Below, in pieces: positions 51,150 to 64,000 of a stretch of DNA of 64,000 nucleotides. The stretch's first letter is position 1; every line of letters begins with the position of its first letter. Source of the DNA: Podarcis filfolensis (lineage: Eukaryota). The position numbers and the translations under genes were made by a program. Under the pieces are notes generated by a model that saw only the letters and a program-made list of their open reading frames with translations, was not told where the DNA came from and made no database searches. The DNA lies in the NCBI GenBank assembly GCA_964270895.1, contig OZ185437.1; one strand, given 5' to 3'.

Positions 51150-53570
51150 AGAAGAAATACCTTTTTCTTCTCCTGTAAATATTCATCCCATGCAAACTGC
51201 AGCAAAGGAAGCACTTTTGGCTCTGCTATCTTGTTTGGAAAATTTTTCCTCAGGCCCTGGTTATTCAAGAGAAAATGACAATATTAAAAAGGACAGTACA
51301 GACCTCTTTATAATTGCTGGTGATGGAATCAATCCAATCATAACTGTACTTTTGCCTTGTTTATCTCATTCACACTACTCTATTTCCATGGGGATGGATG
51401 AGTTGTACTTGTGATCAGTAAAAACCATGGCAAAATATAATAAGGTCAATTCCTTCTCTGTTTACTCCTGAAAGCAGTTTGAACACTAGGAATGGTAGTG
51501 GCAAAGACAACGAGCTAAAATTTAGGATGTCCTAAGTTCACATCTTTCTTCCGTCATGAACTTACTGAGTGTTCATTGCACTCTTCATAGTCACACATCC
51601 TGCAATATGGAGAACATAACAGTCATTTGCTTTACAGGATCGATGTGAGACTTACAGTCCCAATTTTCTCCCTATGAACCAGTGTAACTACACACCCTGA
51701 AGTCCATTGGCCTTAATGCAGCAGAGCTTGCTCTGTGTCTTTGCCTGGGCAGTGACTAGTTTTAGGCCTTGATTTTCCTCCTTGTTTCCCTGCATCACAT
51801 CTCTGCCTTCCCACTGGACTACTCCTAAGGTCCCAAACTGATCCTGCAGGGACATAGGGTTGTAGCCAGTGCTGCACATGCAGAGTTCCACTTGCCTGAG
51901 AAGGCTTTTCCTTTGTCTCGTCTCCCTGTATGCCTTCATAATATGCTCTGGAGGGTCCCCAGACCCCTTGGAATAGGCTGGGGGGGGGCAGGCTGCAGGG
52001 AGGAGGAGAGCAGGGGGAAATCGACTGAACAAATAGAACAACAGTGTTGGATACAACCATCATACTCCTAGCAAATTTGAGCACTCTCAGATGTCTCAGC
52101 CAGGTGTATAAAGATGGATATTTATAAACAGATGTCCATTCTTAATCCTTCCTTTTTCATTCCCCTCAGTGAGCTCCTCCATTGTTTCCAATCTTACCCT
52201 TCATTCTCTGTGTAATAAAACTCTCGTGTGTTTAGACAGCCAAATTTGTTTATTGAAGTGTCAAAGGCCACATAAGACAAGAGAGGGTCCTGATGTGCCT
52301 TCGAGATGCAGACATATTGAAGAAACAGCCTGTCATTGACACAGAAGAGCTGCCTGCCACTTCTCAGTAGTGATATACATGAACATGAATGTGTCATTTT
52401 CAAATGAAGCACAGCTAGGAAGCACTGCCGCTGACTGAATTCAAAGAGGTGCAGATTGGAATGTTCCTTCTTCCATGTGGCCACACTCAGAGAGAGTTAC
52501 ACAAACATCTAAAGTGGTTTAGAAATTCAAGGCAAACACCTGGAAGGTGGGCACAAAAGATTTTTGCTACCATACTATATTAGTTAAATGACCATCTTTT
52601 TTTGAATCAGGGAGTTGGACATTTTGGCTCCTTGAAAGCAGAGCTTTCCAAACTGTGTGTCGCAACACATTAGTGTGTCGGCTGCAGTGTGTAGGTGTGT
52701 CACAAAAATGCTCCCCGCACTCCTCCTGGGGCTGGAAAGGGGTTAGTTTAACCTCTGCTTTGCTAGTAAAATTGAATTACTGTGTTGCAAAATGATGCAT
52801 TTCTAAAAAGTGTGTCACCAGCATGAAAAGCTCTGCTTTAAAGTCTTGTGGGCTACCACAGACTGCAGTTTCAGTTCTATGGATTAAATGTTAAATGTTA
52901 AAGGATAATTTTTATCAAGCAAAGGTTGATAAAATATCAACGATGTGGCACAGAAAATATTCCAGTGCTTCATTTCTCTGCAGAAAAAAAAATCCATTTC
53001 ATGTGTTCATTAGTAACAGTGAATGGATGCCAACTGCAGTATTAGGCAAGTTTGGCAGTTTCAAAATGTTTACTTTGGTTGCTGAATACAATGAAAATAA
53101 ATATATTCCCATTCAAACTGATAATTTTCCGATGCAAATTACCCTAATTCATGTATAATTTCGAATTCAAAATTTCCCGGAAAACTTGTATCATCATATA
53201 ATATTACAAGAGGGTACTCAGATAAGCCAAATGGAAGTGGCAAGTTTCTTAATCAAGCTTTATTTTATTTTATTTTATTTTGGTGAGGAGAGCCCATTCC
53301 ACAATTGTGCTTTGGAAGGATGTGCTTTCTATTCAGCAACTGCAACTATACGTAATACAACAGCTGAGGAATACAGTCTACATAAAGACCACACAAGAAA
53401 AAAAGAGAGGAAGAATGATGTTAGCAAGTGGCTCCAGTAGGAAGAAAAAAGGTCTGCAACTTACGTACCTCTGCTGCACATTTTGCCATGTGAAAGGAGG
53501 GTTCTGTGAGAAGCCCTACAACCTCCACCTCTTGCAGCCTCACAGGCTGCACAGCACCCTTTCTCCACAT
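44718..53570 (-). CDS. PPIL6: Peptidyl-prolyl isomerase-like 6 (cyclophilin family, RSP12-like), 300 aa, complete
   Basis: Exons (minus strand): 53570-53469, 51256-51161, 50205-50017, 48473-48411, 47124-46977, 46096-46040, 45145-45010, 44829-44718; 903 nt, phases consistent, in-frame TGA 3 nt upstream of the ATG. Motifs: FAWDEYLQEKKK, ELKGETWEY, CPRTCKNFQYLC, SIFHRLVKNGWIQGGD, GESIYGPFFEDESF, GVLGMANKGRHSNASQFYITL, YVAFGQLIEG. Confidence 0.96.
46733..46858. mobile_element. Degenerate hAT-derived MITE
   Basis: cagtcttcctcaac...ccctccaggtgttg...catggc...aaggatga...gggaagattg; related to the 16361 and 50637 copies. Confidence 0.45.
47927..48140 (-). mobile_element. BovB (RTE) LINE 3' fragment with internal deletion
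   Basis: Minus frame ESWTIKKADSQRIDAF|GQQRTRWLDSVLEATNMSLTKLWEAVEDRSAWRALVHGVTKSRTRLND followed by an (ACA)n tail. Confidence 0.85.
50637..50766. mobile_element. hAT-derived MITE (about 130 bp)
   Basis: caaggatggggagcttgtgtccctccagatgttg ... catctgaagggccacaggttcccca, with inverted subterminal arms. Confidence 0.65.
51088..51156. repeat. (GAA)17 GAG (GAA)5 trinucleotide repeat in PPIL6 intron 2
   Basis: Read directly; 23 units. Confidence 0.97.
52639..52800 (+). mobile_element. hAT element left end (truncated)
   Basis: Begins CAGAGCTTTCCAAACTGTGTGTCGC; no matching right TIR seen. Confidence 0.45.
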
Positions 53571-53667
53571 CCTTCACAAAGTTTTCTGTCTTTTCCCCTC
53601 TTCTCCTTGCTGCCTCAGTTGCCTCCTTCCCCTCAAACATCCGGGAGAAGGAATAAAAACAATCCTG

Positions 53668-53783
53668 GTCCCTATAGCGACTCCAATCAGATGCAAGCAT
53701 TCTGTGCCACTCTGAGTTCTGCTAGCCTGTGATTGGTCCTTGGTTTCTTTAGTATTTCTACAGCACAAGATGACAGAACCAAT
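53668..53783. promoter_or_regulatory. PPIL6 proximal promoter: RFX X-box-like GTCCCTATAGCGAC (53668-53681) plus CCAAT boxes (53683-53687, 53732-53736, 53779-53783)
   Basis: Imperfect 14-bp palindrome of X-box form about 100 bp upstream of the ATG, flanked by three CCAAT/ATTGG pentamers. Confidence 0.55.
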
Positions 53784-55289
53784 CACCTTGCAGCTTGTGA
53801 GTGATCGTAAGTCCGATGTTGGGGAATGTTTATACAGTGTTCAGATTTCCCACCTTCTCTCTTTTTTTACTGCAGTTAGTGAGAGGTTGTAACTTTATTA
53901 TTTTTTTAGTTGTGATGCTGATTGAGGTAAGATTGCAGAATCCAAACATTTCAATTAAATAATTCTCATGTTGTACAGGTGACAGTGCCATGACATATTG
54001 ATTAAGCTATGCCTAGCAAAGTGAGGTCTATAAAAATGGTCTAAAGTGTCATACAAATATTGCAGATATCCCCCTTGTTTTTATTGGGTAACTGTTTATG
54101 GCAATATTTTCTATTAATTTATAAACCCTTTAAAAAAACCTATTGCAGACGCCAGTGATTTTAGAATAGCAGATAAGAGCTACTCCGATTAATTTTTTTT
54201 GGCCCTGCTGTACTTCAAATCACAGCCCTACTTAAACGCTTAGATATATAAATGGCACATTTATTCTATGTAGGCAGCTTGGAAGAATATAAAATTGACA
54301 GAGAGTACATTTTAAGTAAGTAAAATATTTATGTACAATTTATTTTGATAGTTGCATTCTTCTTGTACATTTTTGCCATGCAGTCATCATTTATACATTT
54401 ATAGTATACCACTTTAATCAGTAATGATTCCTAAAAATCCTGGCAACTGCAGTTAGTTAAGGGTCCTAAGAGTTGTTAGGAGACTCCTGTTCCACTCCCA
54501 GAGCTACAATTCTCAGAGTGGTTTAGCAATCAATCCCTGTTCCCAGGGAACAATGTGACACATTAAGCACATGAAAGTATTCCAGGGTAAAACAAAAATA
54601 ATAATAATAAATCATTTTAACGCTTTTACAGTTATTAGAACCAGTTTTCTGGATAACTCATAACTTTATTTATTCTTGTAGCAACTATCTAGGTTGTAGA
54701 TGTGTAACATTATTTTCCATTATTGGACATATGCAGAAGCAAGTCAAATGAATGTTACTTTTGTAATTGGATGATTTTATAAAATAACAACATTGCTTTA
54801 CCTTTAATTTTAATGTAAATACGATTTCTAGAACAAATGATTTATGTGCTTTTCATTCATATTGCAGGAGCATAATCAGAAAATCTGACTGGGGGGAAAA
54901 GGTTGACACAAACAGGATGCAAATGAGCTCCTGGCTAGGAAGAAGTGTTAGCAGCATGCAGATAAACTACACAGAGAAAAATGCTAGAAGGATGAATTTA
55001 TGCATTGTTTTTATTTTAAAGGAGAAACAGTTCCATTTCACATACAAGAGTAAATATGTAGAAGCATGAAAATTTAACCCTTAACTGAGGAAACAGCATT
55101 ATTTCCCATTCACCTAGTGATTTATTTTTGCAACTGCATCAGTCACAACAGAATTATAAAGTCAGAGAAAGAACTGTTACAATTTGGAAATTTATCCCCC
55201 AGAAATTATGTCTTTCTTTTCTAACTCTCCCCCTTTGAATTTTTTTAAATAACAATCTTTTTAAAAAGTCCATTTAAACTTTGATGTGA

Positions 55290-55446
55290 GCCTAGATAGC
55301 TCAGTTGGTTAGACCATGGTGCTGATAACACCAAGGTTGCAGGTTCGATCCCTGTATGGACCAGCTGCGTATTCCTGCATTGCAGGGGGTTGGACTAGAT
55401 GACCCTCAGGGTCCCTTCCAACTCTACAGTGCTATGATTCTATGAT
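55290..55446 (+). mobile_element. tRNA-Ile-derived SINE with CR1 3' tail
   Basis: A box tagctcagttgg, B box ggttcgatcc, anticodon arm TGGTG-CTGATAA-CACCA, broken acceptor stem, followed by ctgcattgcagggggttggactagatgaccctc...ctatgattctatga. Confidence 0.8.
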
Positions 55447-55962
55447 TTATGTTGTATTTTTACTGTTACCAATTATAGAGTTATAGTTTTTAAGAAACAA
55501 TTTGAGATTTGTGCCATCATAAATCTTTAATTATGAAACCATTTTTAACCTAGAATAAAAACAGTATTGTGTTCTCAAGGCAAAATATGAAGCTGTGTTT
55601 AAAATTTAAATATGTGATTAAGGTATCCTGCACTTATCTCTAGCATTTGAAAGTAATTATGTTGTTTTGCAGAGATGATGAATGTTCATTCTCATCTCTT
55701 TTTTTGCTGTAAAAGCTTTTCTGTTGTAAAAGCTAAGGCACAGAAAGTTTACGATTTGGCTATAACTATACTATCGGCAGAGTGACTAACTGAATCAAAG
55801 ATTATTAATAGCTTATTCTAATCATCACATTATATCACCTTTGTAAGAAGAGAATGTTTGAATGTTTACATAAGGAACATTCTTATGTAATACCAGCAAT
55901 CTGTGGTAAGGTCCTTACTACACTCCCCAAGGCTTTTGTATTTACTTCACTAGACAGGACAG

Positions 55963-56012
55963 CTCTCTCTCTCTCGTGCGCTCTCTCTCGTGCGTGTGTG
56001 TGTGTGTGTGTG
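55963..56012. repeat. Compound (CT)n/(GT)n microsatellite
   Basis: ctctctctctctcgtgcgctctctctcgtgcgtgtgtgtgtgtgtgtgtg. Confidence 0.85.
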
Positions 56013-57176
56013 TTTCACAGAGAGGCGTTCTGGACACATTCCTTCATGGTATTGAAGAGGAGCATTTGATTGTGTCGCTCCACATATACATCACCGCATG
56101 GTCTCTGGGTAAAAGTGAGTAACGTGACAAAAACAGTCAAAAGATGCAAAAGATTGCAAGTGACACATTTTTGATGCCCACCGTATTGCAGAGAATAGGT
56201 ACATGGGTGATTGCAGACATGATATGACATAATATTTGTCCTTAACTTTGGCTGTGTCAAGAGCACCTCCCCTCAACACAGCTTAGCACCACATCCAACT
56301 GTTAAGCATGGATAACACAAGGGTGCCAAGATAACCTGGAAGGTTCTACTTCCAACATTGATAGTATTATTCCACTGGTGTAGACAATGCTGTTGAAGCT
56401 TCCTTATGGTCAATTGTATCAGATCTACTTCCAACCTCCCAGAAGAATGGTGGTTGGATGTGCAAACTGTTGTGCAAGCTGGACCAAGAAATGAAAAAGC
56501 AGAGGCCAAATGCACATCAAAATGTTTATCAGAGGGTAGCTATCTGCTAACTGTGCATTATTGAAGTAGAACATGAATTCCTCTCCACAACAAGCAGAAC
56601 TAGACTATGGTCTATTTCAGGTCCAGTAAAACAGTGGTTTAGCAGACTGAGAATGAATGTTATGTCTTCACGTTCCCTCCCCGCTGCTTAAACAACTGTG
56701 TCCAAGTTCATAATCAGAAACTGGCATTTAAGAAATCCCAGAAGCATTGCATTAAGATGCAAGAGAGAAAATAGGATGGAAGAGCGGGGTACACAGTCAT
56801 AACACTTGTTGGTCTAATAAACCATGGCTTACTGTTGAATTTAAATTAGGCCTATATACAACTAGAGGTGAATCATGAATTGAATCGGCAAAGCCTAATG
56901 TAAAACCCAAACAAGAAAAACAATTTTCTTTAAGCCTGTAGGTGGCACTTTTCAGGATGGCCTGTCCACACGTGGTCAGAAGTCCAACTTTACTCTTCCA
57001 TCCTTTTGAAATTACACGCATATGCTTATACATCAAGACAAATCTTAAAACTGGATTGGAAATTGTGGTTTAACTGGCAATATTGCACATGTATTCGCAC
57101 ATATAAAATGGCAATATGTATTTTCCAGCTTGCCATTGTAATGCACATAAATAAGCACAACTGCTTTTCCATGGGA

Positions 57177-57224
57177 AAGGAAGGAAGGAAGGAAGGAAGG
57201 AAGGAAGGAAGGAAGGAAGGAAGG
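57177..57224. repeat. (AAGG)12 tetranucleotide repeat, about 400 nt past the ZBTB24 stop
   Basis: Read directly from the sequence. Confidence 0.95.
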
Positions 57225-57629
57225 AAAAAGAAAATAATTCCTCTGTAGATATCCAAGAGCAAAGTAGAACTCTGAAAACAAGCACATAATTATACAGTGC
57301 ATGATCCAGGTGAAGTTAATTTTTACATCCCATCAGCTTAAATGGGAGCAAGTGAAAAGCTCTTTTCCACTAAAACAGCTAAAATGGTTGGATCCCACCA
57401 ACAGTATCTCAATAACTATTGCAAAATACGCATGGGTCTTGACTATGAAATCACCCTATCAATATATATTTAAGTTAAGAAAACATAAAAATAAAAAATA
57501 CTCAGCTTTACAATAAAGTGAACCATCAGTATTACCAAAATGCAAATTTAAATAGATAGATGAAATATGACTTGGTTTGACGTCATTTCACTTTTGATAA
57601 ATAAATAAAGAAGCAAAACAGCCCTTATT

Positions 57630-62948
<5,319 letters not shown>

Positions 62949-63102
62949 TTAGACAATTCAAGTTGACAGAAAGATGCTTCAAACCACGTTATTTAAAAGA
63001 AAACCCCAAACATTTTTTCAAAACTGTAGGTTAAGAAAAATAAATTGAATGGTTATCGTGAAATCATTATTAATAACTTGATGGTATTCAAAGTGCTTCA
63101 CA

Positions 63103-63295
63103 CACTGTATTTACACAAATCTAATGCACCATCAAATCTAATGTGCACCTCAATTTTCAAAACCTTTAAACCAAAAAAGTGTTTGCTATGTCAGCGTTGT
63201 TTTTCAAGCTTGAAATCAAATTTAATGTGCACCCACATTTTCGCGACATGATTTGGCTCAAAAAAGGTGTACATTACATTTGAGTAAATATGGTA
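63103..63295. mobile_element. Tigger/pogo-like MITE
   Basis: Decayed TIRs actgtatttacacaaatctaatg / cattacatttgagtaaatatggta. Confidence 0.6.
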
Positions 63296-63935
63296 TGTTC
63301 TCAGGAATCCTAACAACTGCCCTGCAAGGTTGCTCAGTATTAATAATATCAAACTGCCAATGGAACGGCAAAGAATCAGGGCCATGCCAAAGGCCACTGA
63401 CTTAATCTATGGACTTCCTGATTTGCAAACCACAGCTATACACACTATTGTAAGGACCTGTGTAAATTTATTAATTAATAACAACAACAATTATGCAATT
63501 CTTATCTTATAAATTCAGCAGTAGCATATATGTTTTGACTTTGCAAAATTTACCAATAAGTTATACAGCAGATGATGGAAACATTAGACTTTCTTTTTGC
63601 ATTGGGACAGTGCCTGCTGGGTTCTTCAGCTTAGAAAGCAGACCTTCCCAGTCAAGATGCATTGGGGCAATGAATGATCATGACAATGTGAGTCCACTGC
63701 CATCCCCATAAACCATAGCAGCTGGCCATTATTGCATTACGTTGCGGGGAGGGGGGGAATATTCAGAAAAATATTATGGAGAAACCACCTTCATCAGTTC
63801 CTCTTTTGAAAGTTAAGAGCTTGACAAAGTTCTATGCTGAAGTTTTAATGAAATGTTTTGATGAATAGATTCAGTAAAAGAATATTCTAGAAAAATCAAG
63901 CAGTATTTAGACAACAGTATTCTATGCTATGTGTA

Positions 63936-64000
63936 GGGACGCGGGTGGCGCTGTGGGTTAAACCACAGAGCCTAGGACTTGCCAATCAGAAGGTCACGAC
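63936..64000 (+). mobile_element. Sauria SINE 5' end (runs off the window)
   Basis: GGGACGCGGGTGGCGCTGTGGGTTAAACCACAGAGCCTAGGACTTGCC matches the lacertid Sauria SINE head as I recall it. Confidence 0.8.

Noticed and set aside
50977-51414. 145-aa poly-Glu ORF (and the antisense poly-Leu run)
   Set aside because: Produced by the GAA microsatellite; the real coding sequence here is PPIL6 exon 2 on the minus strand.
53280-53732. 150-aa + strand ORF head-to-head with PPIL6, considered as a possible SMPD2 remnant
   Set aside because: No sphingomyelinase-like motifs, low-complexity composition and no downstream exon chain.
55290-55363. Apparent tRNA-Ile(GAT) gene
   Set aside because: The acceptor stem cannot pair (GCCTAGA vs ATGGACC), the D stem is mismatched, and a CR1 tail follows directly, so it is a SINE head.

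Overview
Vertebrate genomic DNA, most likely a squamate and probably a lacertid lizard (inferred from its Sauria-type SINE, BovB, Penelope and CR1/L2 repeats). I reconstructed four intron-containing genes by hand from GT-AG sites and codon phase. (1) The 3' part of CCDC162 (+): 25 exons, about 1111 codons ending at TAA 26872-26874, open throughout; the human ortholog is annotated as a pseudogene. (2) Complete CD164/endolyn (-): 6 exons, 198 aa, a CpG-island promoter with two perfect CLEAR motifs, and a 3'UTR with miR-124 and miR-219 8mer sites. (3) Complete PPIL6 (-): 8 exons, 300 aa, with an X-box-like promoter element. (4) The 3' five exons of ZBTB24 (-). SMPD2 and MICAL1, which lie between PPIL6 and ZBTB24 in human, are not visible here. 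The most unusual non-genic features are two young Penelope-like fold-back insertions with target-site duplications; one is a 198-bp spacerless palindrome carrying a minimal hammerhead ribozyme core on both strands inside a ZBTB24 intron. Most ORFs in the supplied track are chance frames or partial exons. Gene and repeat names come from recalled sequence similarity, not from database searches.
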